From the NCBI GenBank assembly GCA_039821425.1, contig JBCBOD010000006.1:302-64301 (forward strand): 64,000 nucleotides of DNA, read 5' to 3'. The DNA is from Pseudomonadota bacterium. Its GTDB lineage: Bacteria; Pseudomonadota; Alphaproteobacteria; Rhodobacterales; Rhodobacteraceae. A program made the translations under genes and the position numbers. The number at the start of each line of letters is the position of its first letter. The stretch's first letter is position 1. Below the pieces are notes generated by a model. That model was not told the DNA's origin and did not search any database. It was given only the letters and a program-made list of their open reading frames with translations. Below, in pieces: positions 47,867 to 57,723 of the stretch.

Positions 47867-49952
47867 CCAAAACGCGAGCGGCCCTGCCCGCATGGACATC
47901 AGGCCCGTCAAGCAGCCGATTTGGCGGCGCCTGTCGCTGGTCTGGTTTGTCCCACTGATCGCGCTTGCCATCTCGCTCTGGGCCGCATGGGAAAACTACA
48001 GCGACCGGGGCACGCTGATCACCATCAGTTTTGAGAATGCGACGGGTATCGCAGCCGGTGAAACGGTGATCAAATACCGCGACGTCGACGTGGGCGAGGT
48101 TGAGGATGTGGAATTCTCCGAAGGGCTTACCGATGTGCTGGTCCACGCCCGGGTCGACAAGACCATTGCCCCCTATCTGGATGATGATGCGCAGTTTTGG
48201 GTTGTCCGACCGGATGTCTCGGTCCGTGGGATCACGGGTCTGGAAACTGTGCTGTCCGGTGTCTTTATCGAAGGCAATTGGGATACCGAAGCGGACGTCG
48301 CGCAGACCGAGTTTATCGGGCTTGAGCAACCGAACCTGACACGCGCCGGACAGCGCGGCAAACTGGTGGTCCTGCGCACGACCGATGGCGGCAGCCTCGC
48401 CGCTGGCGCGCCCATCCTGCACAAGGGGTTGGAGGTCGGCTATTTGGAAGAGCCGCAACTGTCTTTTGATGGGCGTAATGTGACGGTGAACGCCTTCATC
48501 GAAAGCCCTTTCGACCGGCGCATCACCTCCAGCACGCGGTTTTGGGACACTTCTGGTTTCAGCGTATCGCTTGGGGCGGGCGGCGTTTCTTTGAATGTCG
48601 ACTCGCTTGCCTCGCTGATCGAGGGCGGCATCGCGTTCGATACTGTCGTGTCCGGGGGGGAGCCTGTGAACGACGGCCACCGCTTTGATATCTTCGATAG
48701 CGAAGAAGCCGCGCGCGACAGCCTGTTTCAGGATCCGGACGCCGAAGTGCTCGAAGTGGCCGCACTCTTTGAAGAATCCGTCACCGGCCTGACTGTCGGG
48801 TCAGAGGTGCGGCTGCAAGGCATCCGGGTGGGCGAGGTCAGCAATCTGAACGCGATTGTCGTGGGCGAAGGCGAAAGCGCACAGGTCCGCTTGCAAGTGG
48901 TGCTTGCGATTGAGCCGTCGCGTCTGGGGATGGAGGCCGGGGCCGACGCAGAGGATGCGCTTGCCCTGCTGTCCGATCTTGTCACGCGTGGTTTGCGCGC
49001 CCGGTTGGTGACGGGCAACCTTTTGGCGGGCACACTGTTCGTGCAACTGGTCACCATCGAGGACGCGCTGCCAGCCATCGTCAACCTGACATCTGGCGCG
49101 TTTCCGGTGATCCCGACGACCGGTTCGCAAATCTCTGACGTCGCGGCCACCGCCGAGGATGTGCTGGCCCGCATCAACGCGCTGCCCGTCGAACAATTGA
49201 TGGATGGTGCCATCGACATGATGGACAGCATCGAAACCCTCGCCGCGGATCAATTTGCAAGGGCGACGCCCGAAGCCCTGTTTGCGCTGCTGGATGAAAC
49301 ACGCGAACTGGTCGCCTCGGATGATGTGCAGGCGATCCCAACGGATCTGCGCGCCGTCGTGGCCGATATTGACGCGATTGTCAGCGAAGTGCGTGAGACC
49401 GGCGTGGTCAGCGACATCGACGCGGTCGTCGCAACCGCAGGACAACTGGCCGAAAATGTCGAACTGGCAACCCGCAACCTGCCCGAAATTTCGCAGAACA
49501 TCGAAACCTTCACCGCGCGCGCCAACGAGGTTGAACTCGCAGCCCTGGCACAGTCTGCCAGCGAAACGCTGGAGGCCATCGACACGCTGATTAGCACCGA
49601 GGCGGCAATTGCGCTGCCGGGTGAGGCGAACGCGGCCCTCAACAGCCTGCGTCTGCTTATCGATGACATCAGCGCGGGTGGTGCGGTCGAGAATGTGAAC
49701 GCCGCACTCGCGTCGGCCAATGAGGCCGCACAGGCCTTTGAAGAGGCGGTCACCGGTCTGCCGGAGTTGTCAGAGCGCGCCAATGGACTGGTCGCCAACA
49801 TGCAGGCGGTGGTGAACAGCTATAGCGAGCGCTCGCGCTTCAACAATGAAACACTGGCGACACTGCGGGCGATACAAGAGGCGTCTGACGCGGTCTTCCG
49901 CCTTGCCCGCACGATTGAGCGGAACCCCAACGCCCTGTTGATTGGACGATAA
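47859..49952 (+). CDS. pqiB: PqiB/MlaD-family (multi-MCE) intermembrane transport protein
   Basis: N-terminal anchor helix, repeated MCE-type segments, then about 250 aa of Ala/Leu/Glu-rich helical sequence. Overlaps the pqiA end. Confidence 0.8.
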   Translation: MSDQNASGPARMDIRPVKQPIWRRLSLVWFVPLIALAISLWAAWENYSDRGTLITISFENATGIAAGETVIKYRDVDVGEVEDVEFSEGLTDVLVHARVDKTIAPYLDDDAQFWVVRPDVSVRGITGLETVLSGVFIEGNWDTEADVAQTEFIGLEQPNLTRAGQRGKLVVLRTTDGGSLAAGAPILHKGLEVGYLEEPQLSFDGRNVTVNAFIESPFDRRITSSTRFWDTSGFSVSLGAGGVSLNVDSLASLIEGGIAFDTVVSGGEPVNDGHRFDIFDSEEAARDSLFQDPDAEVLEVAALFEESVTGLTVGSEVRLQGIRVGEVSNLNAIVVGEGESAQVRLQVVLAIEPSRLGMEAGADAEDALALLSDLVTRGLRARLVTGNLLAGTLFVQLVTIEDALPAIVNLTSGAFPVIPTTGSQISDVAATAEDVLARINALPVEQLMDGAIDMMDSIETLAADQFARATPEALFALLDETRELVASDDVQAIPTDLRAVVADIDAIVSEVRETGVVSDIDAVVATAGQLAENVELATRNLPEISQNIETFTARANEVELAALAQSASETLEAIDTLISTEAAIALPGEANAALNSLRLLIDDISAGGAVENVNAALASANEAAQAFEEAVTGLPELSERANGLVANMQAVVNSYSERSRFNNETLATLRAIQEASDAVFRLARTIERNPNALLIGR

Positions 49953-49953
49953 G

Positions 49954-50511
49954 ATGCTGAAGAAACTGTCATATCTTGCCTTTGGCACCCTGATCGCCTG
50001 CACACCGCTCGCCGACCGGCTGACGCTGGAGCCGTCGCCGTCTGATCTGGAACTGCGCCCGCTTGTCAGCAGTGCCATGGTGCGGACCGTCTCCCTGCCA
50101 ACCTACGCCGCGGTGGAGGAAATCCCACTGGAAACCGGCAACGGCGTGATCGCCGTGCGCGAAGATGTGCTTTGGGCCGATGACCCGGAACGCGCGGTGA
50201 CACTGATCCTGACGAACACGCTTGGTGATATCCTGAACACCGACGTGGGGCCGGACCCATGGCCGTTTGTCGGCCTGCCGGATGTCTCTGTCGATGTCCG
50301 CGTCGCACGGATGCTCGGCAGTACCGACGGGTCGTTCACCCTCACTGGCCAGTTCTACGTGGCTGGTGAAGGACGGTCGTTCCGCGACAGCACCAACGCG
50401 TTCGAGATCACGGTTGCCATGCCCGATGCCTCGCTCACCGGTATCTCGGCCGCGCAATCCACAGCACTTTTACAGTTGTCAGAACAGATTGCGCGTACGT
50501 TAGGGCGCTAG
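49954..50511 (+). CDS. pqiC: PqiC-like (DUF330) outer-membrane lipoprotein
   Basis: The ATG 2 nt after the pqiB stop gives MLKKLSYLAFGTLIAC (lipobox). Position after pqiB supports the call. Confidence 0.68.
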   Translation: MLKKLSYLAFGTLIACTPLADRLTLEPSPSDLELRPLVSSAMVRTVSLPTYAAVEEIPLETGNGVIAVREDVLWADDPERAVTLILTNTLGDILNTDVGPDPWPFVGLPDVSVDVRVARMLGSTDGSFTLTGQFYVAGEGRSFRDSTNAFEITVAMPDASLTGISAAQSTALLQLSEQIARTLGR

Positions 50512-51636
50512 TTTTACCCAAGCCCCGTCACGCTTTGATGAGCGCACGCAGGCATCGACAAACTGCATGCCTTTCAGCCCGTCGTCGATCGTGGGATAGA
50601 CCACATCCGCCGGGACTGCCTCCCCCGCGCGATGCGCTTCAATCGCATCGGCAGCCTCGCGATAGATCGTGGCGAACCCTTCCAGATAGCCCTCCGGATG
50701 CCCCGCAGGGATGCGGGTGACACGTTCGGCATCCGCAGTCGCACCTGCCCCGCCACGAGTAAGCAATTGTTTCGGCTCCCCATGCGCTGTGAACCAAAGC
50801 TGGTTGGGGTTTTCCTGCGCCCATTCCAGCCCACCATTTTCGCCGTAGACACGCAGGCGAAGCCCGTTTTCGTTGCCCGGGGCAACTTGGGAACACCAAA
50901 GCATCCCTCGCGCACCGCCAGTAAAGCGCAGCATGACATGGGCGTTGTCGTCCAGCTGGCGACCGCTGACAAAAGCCTGCAGATCAGCCGAAAGCGTCTC
51001 TACCTCCAGCCCGGTTACAAAGCTGGCCAGATTGAAGGCATGCGTACCGATATCACCCGTCGATCCCCCTGCGCCGGAACGCGCCGGATCGGTTCGCCAC
51101 GCGGCCTGTTTGAAATCCTCTGCCTTGGTCAGCCAATCCTGCGCGTACTCCACCTGCACGACGCGGAGTGCGCCAAGCACGCCCTCTGCCACCATCTGCC
51201 GCGCCTGGCGGATCAGCGGATAGCCCGTGTAGTTGTGCGTGAGGACAAACAGCGCATCGCTGTCCTGCGCCGCCTTCACGAGCTTCTTGGCATCGGCCAT
51301 GGTTGAGGTCAGTGGCTTGTCACAAATCACGTGGATGCCACGCTTGAGGAATTCGCGCGCAGCAGCGTAGTGGACGTGGTTCGGCGTGACGATCGCCACC
51401 GCCTCGATCCCGTCTTTCAGGCGCGCTTCGCGGATCGCCATCGCCTTGAAATCATCATAAGTGCGCGCAGGATCCAGACCCAACGCCACGCCAGAGGCTT
51501 GCGCTTTTTCCGGGGTCGATGACAGCGCGCCCGCGACTAGCTGAAACCGCCCGTCAATACGCGACGCGATCCGGTGCACACCCCCGATGAAGGCGTCGTT
51601 CCCGCCACCTACCATGCCCAAACGAATTTGTTTCAT
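50500..51636 (-). CDS. Gfo/Idh/MocA-family oxidoreductase
   Basis: MKQIRLGMVGGGNDAFIGGVH Rossmann N-terminus. ORF 50500..51654 trimmed to the ATG at 51636. Confidence 0.85.
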   Translation of the reverse strand: MKQIRLGMVGGGNDAFIGGVHRIASRIDGRFQLVAGALSSTPEKAQASGVALGLDPARTYDDFKAMAIREARLKDGIEAVAIVTPNHVHYAAAREFLKRGIHVICDKPLTSTMADAKKLVKAAQDSDALFVLTHNYTGYPLIRQARQMVAEGVLGALRVVQVEYAQDWLTKAEDFKQAAWRTDPARSGAGGSTGDIGTHAFNLASFVTGLEVETLSADLQAFVSGRQLDDNAHVMLRFTGGARGMLWCSQVAPGNENGLRLRVYGENGGLEWAQENPNQLWFTAHGEPKQLLTRGGAGATADAERVTRIPAGHPEGYLEGFATIYREAADAIEAHRAGEAVPADVVYPTIDDGLKGMQFVDACVRSSKRDGAWVKLAP

Positions 51637-51663
51637 CTGTCCACCCACAGTCAATCGGCCAAA

Positions 51664-52716
51664 TCAGATGCCAAGCATCCGACGGTTGGTGGCGTCGTCA
51701 ACCCCTGCATCAGCGAAATCGTCAAATGCGCGTTCGGTGACCCGAATGATGTGATCCTTCACAAATTGCGCGCCTTCGCGTGCACCATCCTCGGGGTGCT
51801 TGAGACAACACTCCCATTCCACGACGGCCCAACCGGCAAAGTCATTTGCGGCCATCTTCGAAAATACTGCTGCAAAATCGACCTGACCGTCGCCCAAACT
51901 GCGGAACCGTCCGGCGCGATCCACCCATGACTGGTAACCGCCATAGACACCTTGCCGTCCGGTCGGGTTGAATTCCGCATCCTTGACGTGGAACATCTTG
52001 ATGCGGTCGCGGTAGATGTCGATGTTGTCGAGGTAGTCGAGGCACTGCAGCACATAGTGCGAGGGATCGTAGAGCATGTTGCAGCGCGTGTGCCCGCCCA
52101 AACGCTCCAGAAACATCTCAAACGTCACGCCATCGTGCAGGTCTTCGCCCGGATGGATTTCATAGCAGACATCAACGCCGCAGGCCTCGGCATGGTCCAG
52201 GATGGGCCGCCAGCGTGCGGCCAATTCATCAAACGCCGCCTCTACCAGGCCCGCAGGCCGTTGCGGCCACGGATAGACGAAGGGCCACGCAAGTGCGCCG
52301 GAAAACGTCGAAATTTCAGTGAGGCCCATGTTCTTTGATGCGGAAAGCGCGAGCTTCACCTGATCAACCGCCCATGCCTGCCGCGCCGCGGGGTTGCCGC
52401 GCACGGCCTCTGCCGCAAATCCGTCAAAGGCATCATCGTAAGCAGGGTTCACCGCAACAAGCTGCCCCTGCAAATGCGTCGACAGCTCCGTCACCTGCAC
52501 CCCGTTTGCCGCCGCCTGCCCGAGGAATTCATCGCAGTAGTCTTTCGATCCGGCAGCCTGTGCCAGATCAATGAACCGGGCATCCCAGCTGGGCACCTGC
52601 ACCCCCGCATAGCCGCAGTCGGCCGCCCATTTGGTGATCCCATCCCATGTGTTGAACGGGGCGTCATCCCCGGCACATTGCGCAAGAAACAGCCCCGGAC
52701 CCTTGATCGTCTTCAT
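51664..52716 (-). CDS. sugar phosphate isomerase/epimerase (xylose-isomerase-like TIM barrel)
   Basis: 350 aa. The YEIHPGEDLHD and FHVKD segments are typical of the AP_endonuc_2 fold. It precedes the Gfo/Idh/MocA gene. Confidence 0.75.
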   Translation of the reverse strand: MKTIKGPGLFLAQCAGDDAPFNTWDGITKWAADCGYAGVQVPSWDARFIDLAQAAGSKDYCDEFLGQAAANGVQVTELSTHLQGQLVAVNPAYDDAFDGFAAEAVRGNPAARQAWAVDQVKLALSASKNMGLTEISTFSGALAWPFVYPWPQRPAGLVEAAFDELAARWRPILDHAEACGVDVCYEIHPGEDLHDGVTFEMFLERLGGHTRCNMLYDPSHYVLQCLDYLDNIDIYRDRIKMFHVKDAEFNPTGRQGVYGGYQSWVDRAGRFRSLGDGQVDFAAVFSKMAANDFAGWAVVEWECCLKHPEDGAREGAQFVKDHIIRVTERAFDDFADAGVDDATNRRMLGI

Positions 52717-52809
52717 CGTATCCTCCCCGATTTTCGAAAACTATAACGATTTAGAAAGCTGCTGCCACCCCCTGATTGACCACACGCGGCCCATCAGCGA
52801 CAAAGGCGC

Positions 52810-53796
52810 ATGTTGATCGACAATCTGCAATACGCGAACTGGTCCAAAACCATCTTTCGCCAGATGCGCGAGGGCGGCGTGGATGCTGTGCATGTCACGA
52901 TCGCCTACCACGAGAATTTCCGCGAAACGGTGCTCAATATCGAAGCCTGGAACCGCTGGTTCGAACGCTTTCCCGACCTGATCATGCAGGCGCGGACGGT
53001 GGCGGATGTGGACGACGCGCGCGCAACGGACCGTACCGCGATCATCTTTGGCGCCCAGAACCCCAGCCCGATCGAGGATGACATCGGCCTGGTTGAGGTG
53101 CTGCACACCCTCGGCCTGCGTTTCATGCAGTTGACCTATAACAACCAGTCTCTGCTGGCGACCGGGTGTTATGAGGATGAGGACCCCGGCCTCACCCGGA
53201 TGGGCAAACAGGTCATCAAGGAAATGAACCGCGTCGGGCTGGTGGTGGATATGAGCCATAGCGCGGACCGGTCGACCATTGAGGCGGCGGAGTTTTCAAG
53301 CCGCCCCATTGCCATCACCCATGCTAACCCGTTTGACTGGCACACGGCGCGCCGCAACAAGCGTGATGACGTGATACGCGCCGTCGTAGACGGCGGCGGG
53401 ATGATGGGCTTTTCGCTCTACCCCCATCACTTGAACGGCGGATCTGACTGCACGCTAGCGAATTTCTGCGAGATGATTGCACGCATGGCGGACCGCTTTG
53501 GTGTTGCGCATTTCGGCCTTGGCAGTGACCTCTGCCAGGATCAGCCAGATAGCGTCGTCGAATGGATGCGCGTGGGCCGCTGGACGAAGGAAATCGACTA
53601 TGGTGAAGGGTCTGCCAGCGCACCCGGGTTCCCACCCATGCCAGGTTGGTTTCAGGACAACCGCCATTTCGGGAACATCCGTGAAGGGTTGAAGGCCGTT
53701 GGGATGGACGAAGAAGAGGTCGCAGCGATCATGGGCGGCAACTGGTATCGTTTCTATGCCGAAAACTTCGGGCCTAGCGGGTCGCGTTCAAGGTGA
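52810..53796 (+). CDS. M19 (renal dipeptidase)-family protein
   Basis: FMQLTYNN, VVDMSHS and AITHANP segments resemble M19 motifs. The N-terminal IDGHND-type motif reads IDNLQY. Confidence 0.65.
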   Translation: MLIDNLQYANWSKTIFRQMREGGVDAVHVTIAYHENFRETVLNIEAWNRWFERFPDLIMQARTVADVDDARATDRTAIIFGAQNPSPIEDDIGLVEVLHTLGLRFMQLTYNNQSLLATGCYEDEDPGLTRMGKQVIKEMNRVGLVVDMSHSADRSTIEAAEFSSRPIAITHANPFDWHTARRNKRDDVIRAVVDGGGMMGFSLYPHHLNGGSDCTLANFCEMIARMADRFGVAHFGLGSDLCQDQPDSVVEWMRVGRWTKEIDYGEGSASAPGFPPMPGWFQDNRHFGNIREGLKAVGMDEEEVAAIMGGNWYRFYAENFGPSGSRSR

Positions 53797-54565
53797 AGAG
53801 CTGTTCGCCAGCAATTTCATAGCTGTTGATAAGCTCTGCTGCACGGTCTGACATCAGCCAATCCTCTAATCGCGTGGTCGCATCCGCTGACACATGCGGA
53901 TGCCGTGCGGGGCTCACCGGGATATAGCTGTACTGGTTAAAGAGCGCCGGATCACCAGAGAACAGAAGCGCAAGACCCGCCTTGTTGCCAAAGTTCAGCC
54001 AGCTGGCACGGTCGGCCAAGATATAGGCGTCCATTGCCGCGGCAGAGTTGAGGGCCGCGCCCATGCCTGCACCGACAGAGCGGTACCATTCTCCCCCTGG
54101 CTCAATGCCTGCGTCTGACCAGAGCGCCATTTCACGCTTGTGCGTACCGCTATCATCACCACGGCTCACAAAGCGTGCTTGCGCGATTGCAATGTTGCTC
54201 AACGCCTCTTTGGCCGCCTTCGCCGCTATGACATCGGCCGGGTCACCCGCAGGCCCGACAATGACAAAGTCATTGAACATGATCTCGCGACGGTGTGTTC
54301 CGTGGCCGTCGGCGACAAAGGCTTCTTCGGCCGCTTTCGCGTGGACAAGGATTGCATCCACATCGCCCGCCTCACCTAGCCGCAGCGCCTGCCCCGTGCC
54401 CACGATAAGTAGCTGCACGGTCAGCCCCGTATCCTCCTCAATCGCGGGCAAGAGCACATCGGCAAGACCGGAGTTATGAAACGACGTCGTGACCGCCATA
54501 CGCAGCGTCTCGGCCTGCGCCGCACCTGTCCAGAGCATCAGAAAAAGTGAAATCACCCTGATCAT
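53774..54565 (-). CDS. tupA: tungstate/molybdate-type ABC substrate-binding protein (TupA-like)
   Basis: Signal MIRVISLFLMLWTGAAQA. AVTTSFHNSGL and RGDDSGTH motifs, as in TupA. Confidence 0.62.
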   Translation of the reverse strand: MIRVISLFLMLWTGAAQAETLRMAVTTSFHNSGLADVLLPAIEEDTGLTVQLLIVGTGQALRLGEAGDVDAILVHAKAAEEAFVADGHGTHRREIMFNDFVIVGPAGDPADVIAAKAAKEALSNIAIAQARFVSRGDDSGTHKREMALWSDAGIEPGGEWYRSVGAGMGAALNSAAAMDAYILADRASWLNFGNKAGLALLFSGDPALFNQYSYIPVSPARHPHVSADATTRLEDWLMSDRAAELINSYEIAGEQLFTLNATR

Positions 54566-55275
54566 TCCACGATCTCCCCTTTCAGAAGCGCACGCGCCTG
54601 CGGTGTCTGCGGCGCATCAAAGAATGGTTCTGCCGCGCCCTGCTCGATCACCTTGCCATGCATCAGGAAGACCACATCATCCGCCAGGCGCCGCGCCTGC
54701 CCGATGTCATGGGTCGCCATGATGATGCGGGTGCCACCCGCTTTGGCGTCCTGCAGGATCGCCTCGATCTCGCGCGTGGCCCGACCATCAAGGTTGGCGC
54801 AGGGTTCATCGAGGAACAGAACCTGCGGGCCGCTGATCAGCGCGCGCGCGAGGGCGAGTTTCTGCTTCTCACCGCCTGAAAGGTTTGGGGCGGATCGGCG
54901 CATCGCGTCACCAAGCCCTACCTTGTCAGCCCAGTCCTGTGCCCGCGCCAAGGCCCCTTTCCGCGCTACACCGGCCAGCCGCAGCGGGTAAATCAGGTTC
55001 TCCGCGACCGTGCGGCGCAGCATGATCGGGGCCTGGAAGACGAAGGCCTGTTGCACTTGCGCCTGATCGGTCGGCACCTGCCATTGGATCACCCCCGCCG
55101 CGATACGTTCCACCCCATGCACCGCGCGCAAAAGCTTTGTCTTGCCCGCCCCGTTTGGCCCCATGATGATGGTGATCCCCTCCGCCCCGAGCGACAGATC
55201 CAAGGGGCCCAGCAACACTTGCCCGCGCCGTTTGACGACGACTTCGGACAGGGAGAGTGGCAGGATAGAAGTCAC
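54562..55275 (-). CDS. tupC: ABC transporter ATP-binding protein (TupC-like)
   Basis: Walker A GPNGAGKTK, signature LSGGEKQK, Walker B LFLDEP. Confidence 0.7.
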   Translation of the reverse strand: MTSILPLSLSEVVVKRRGQVLLGPLDLSLGAEGITIIMGPNGAGKTKLLRAVHGVERIAAGVIQWQVPTDQAQVQQAFVFQAPIMLRRTVAENLIYPLRLAGVARKGALARAQDWADKVGLGDAMRRSAPNLSGGEKQKLALARALISGPQVLFLDEPCANLDGRATREIEAILQDAKAGGTRIIMATHDIGQARRLADDVVFLMHGKVIEQGAAEPFFDAPQTPQARALLKGEIVE

Positions 55276-55976
55276 CAGCGCCCCTCCCGTTCTGTCTGCC
55301 CCACCGCGTGGATGATCAGGTTCACTGCAATCGCCAACCCGATGAGGACAAAGCCGAGGCCCAGCGCCAGCGCGAAATCCCCACGCCCGGTTTCGAGCGC
55401 GATGGCTGTCGTCAGCACCCGGGTTGCGTTATCGATGTTGCCACCCACAATCATAATCGCGCCGACCTCGCCAATCCCGCGCCCGAAGCCAGCCAGCGAC
55501 GCCGTGATCAACGCCCGCCGCCCGTCCCAGAGAAGCGTCTTGATCCGCTGCCAACGCGAGGTGGAAAGGGAGATCAGCAGGTCGTGATAGTCCGCCCAGA
55601 GATCACGGATCGCCTGATGCGCAATGGAAGCAATCAGTGGAGTGATGATGATCACCTGTGCGATGATCATCGCCGTGGGGGTGAAGAGCAGCCCCAGAAC
55701 GCCAAATGGCCCGGAACGTGACAGCAGCAGATAGACGATCAACCCGACAACAACGGGCGGCAGCCCCATCAGGGCGTTCAGCAGGGCAATCACAAAACGG
55801 CGGTAGCGAAACCGCCGGATCGCCAGCCACGCCCCCAGCGGCAACCCAATGGCCGAGGCGATGACGACAGCGGTGAGTGTCACATGCAGTGAGCGCAGCG
55901 TGATATCGACGAGATCGGCATCAAGCGTCACGACCAGCCAGAAACCGGCGCTCAACCCCTCCCAAATCTCACCCAT
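55272..55976 (-). CDS. tupB: ABC transporter permease (TupB-like)
   Basis: 234-aa, five/six-helix permease leading the three-gene operon. Confidence 0.68.
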   Translation of the reverse strand: MGEIWEGLSAGFWLVVTLDADLVDITLRSLHVTLTAVVIASAIGLPLGAWLAIRRFRYRRFVIALLNALMGLPPVVVGLIVYLLLSRSGPFGVLGLLFTPTAMIIAQVIIITPLIASIAHQAIRDLWADYHDLLISLSTSRWQRIKTLLWDGRRALITASLAGFGRGIGEVGAIMIVGGNIDNATRVLTTAIALETGRGDFALALGLGFVLIGLAIAVNLIIHAVGQTEREGRW

Positions 55977-56020
55977 GTTTCGCCCCGGCGCTGTGTTTCG
56001 CGCATGGTTTCACGGGTACC

Positions 56021-56875
56021 CTAGCCCTTCAATGCGGAATGCGACGCTTTCACCGGGGTTTTGCGCGCCAAAAGACTGGCGCGCACGAAGGCCGCGATGA
56101 AAATCACGGTCAAGACGAGGATGACAGTGGGCGCCGGCGCGCTGTCGAGAAAGAAACTGAGGTAGACACCGGCCAGACCGGAAAAGAGCGTCACGCCCAC
56201 AGCGATCATCAGCATATGGCTGAACTGTTTGGTGAAGAGGAATGCGATGGCCCCCGGCGCGATCAGCAGACCGATGGCGAGGATGATCCCAACCGCCGAC
56301 AGCGTCGCGACAATGGTCAAAGAAATCATCGCTAGCAGGCCGTAGTGCAACCAGCCCACACGCAATCCCACGGCCTGCGCCTGTACTGGGTCGAAAGCGT
56401 GCAGCATGAACTCTCGGCGCTTTGCCAGAATGATGCCAGCGACCAAGGCGGCGATGGTGCCAGCTGTCCAGAGATCTTCGGGCCCCACGCCGAGCATATT
56501 GCCGAAGAGGATATGGTCGAGATGCACCTCGGTCGTGATGCTGGTGTAGAGCACCAGCCCCACCCCGAACATGCCCGAGAACACGATACCCATCACCGTG
56601 TCCTGTTTGACCCGGCTGTTGGCGGCCAGGAATCCGGTTGCCAAGGCACAGATCATCCCGGCCACGAAGGCCCCGATCAGCAAAGGGATGCCCAAAAGGT
56701 AAGCCAGCACGATCCCCGGCAGCACCGCATGGCTGATCGCGTCCCCCATCAATGACCAGCCCTTCAGGACCAGATAGCAGGACAGAAGGCTCGTCGGCAC
56801 CGCGATGATCGCCATCATGAGGAAGGCGTTGTTCATGAAGGCGAACTGAAAGGGGAAGAGGAGCGTCTCAATCAC
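56021..56875 (-). CDS. sitD: Mn/Fe (metal cluster-9) ABC transporter permease
   Basis: The GTG at 56875 overlaps the sitC stop (GTGA). [18 protein letters not shown] parallels the sitC N-terminus. The track ORF extends spuriously to 57166. Confidence 0.8.
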   Translation of the reverse strand: MIETLLFPFQFAFMNNAFLMMAIIAVPTSLLSCYLVLKGWSLMGDAISHAVLPGIVLAYLLGIPLLIGAFVAGMICALATGFLAANSRVKQDTVMGIVFSGMFGVGLVLYTSITTEVHLDHILFGNMLGVGPEDLWTAGTIAALVAGIILAKRREFMLHAFDPVQAQAVGLRVGWLHYGLLAMISLTIVATLSAVGIILAIGLLIAPGAIAFLFTKQFSHMLMIAVGVTLFSGLAGVYLSFFLDSAPAPTVILVLTVIFIAAFVRASLLARKTPVKASHSALKG

Positions 56876-57723
56876 GGCTGAAATACCTCCGCTGCGCGAC
56901 GGCGGGCGGCCAGATAGCCGTGTTTTGGCGCAAAGAAGAAAGCCACAAGGAAGATCAGCGTTTGCAGGGTCACAATGATGCCGCCTGTCGCCCCGTCTAG
57001 GAAATAGCTGATGTAGGCCCCGAAGAAGCTCGTGCCTGCCCCGATCGTAATGCTGACGATCAAAAGCCGCGGAAAGCGATCCGTCAGCAGATAGGCGGTC
57101 GCCCCCGGTGTGACGACCATCGCGATGACAAGGAACGCACCGACCGTCTGCAAGGCCGCGACGCAAGATGCGGACAGAAGCGTAAAGAACACCACCCGCA
57201 AGAGATCGGGACGCAACCCGATGGACCGCGCGTGATTTTCATCAAAGAAGGTCACCATCAGGTCTTTCCACTTCACCGTCAGCACGGCCAGCGTCACGAA
57301 ACCGATGATCGCGAGCTGCAGCGTATCACCCGGCGTGATGGCAAGGATGTTGCCCAGCGTGATCGTCTGAATGCTGACCGATGTGGGCGACAGCGACACC
57401 ATGAAGAGCCCGAGCCCGAAGAAGGACGTGAAGATCAACCCGATAATCGTATCCTCTTTCAGCCCCGTGCGTTGATTGAGAAACAGCATCGCTCCGGCGG
57501 CAAGCCCACCCGCAGCAAACGCGCCCAGCGCAAATGGGAGGCCGAGCATATAGGCCCCGGCCACCCCCGGCACGATGGAGTGAGAGAGCGCATCACCGAT
57601 CAGCGACCAACCCTTCAGCATCAGGTAGGCCGAAAGAAACGCACAGATCGCCCCAACCAGCGCGCTGACCCACATCGCGTTGAACATATAGCTGTAGGTG
57701 AATGGCTCCAGCAGCACGGTCAT
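56872..57723 (-). CDS. sitC: Mn/Fe ABC transporter permease
   Basis: [17 protein letters not shown]..., ABC-3 family pattern. Confidence 0.82.
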   Translation of the reverse strand: MTVLLEPFTYSYMFNAMWVSALVGAICAFLSAYLMLKGWSLIGDALSHSIVPGVAGAYMLGLPFALGAFAAGGLAAGAMLFLNQRTGLKEDTIIGLIFTSFFGLGLFMVSLSPTSVSIQTITLGNILAITPGDTLQLAIIGFVTLAVLTVKWKDLMVTFFDENHARSIGLRPDLLRVVFFTLLSASCVAALQTVGAFLVIAMVVTPGATAYLLTDRFPRLLIVSITIGAGTSFFGAYISYFLDGATGGIIVTLQTLIFLVAFFFAPKHGYLAARRRAAEVFQP

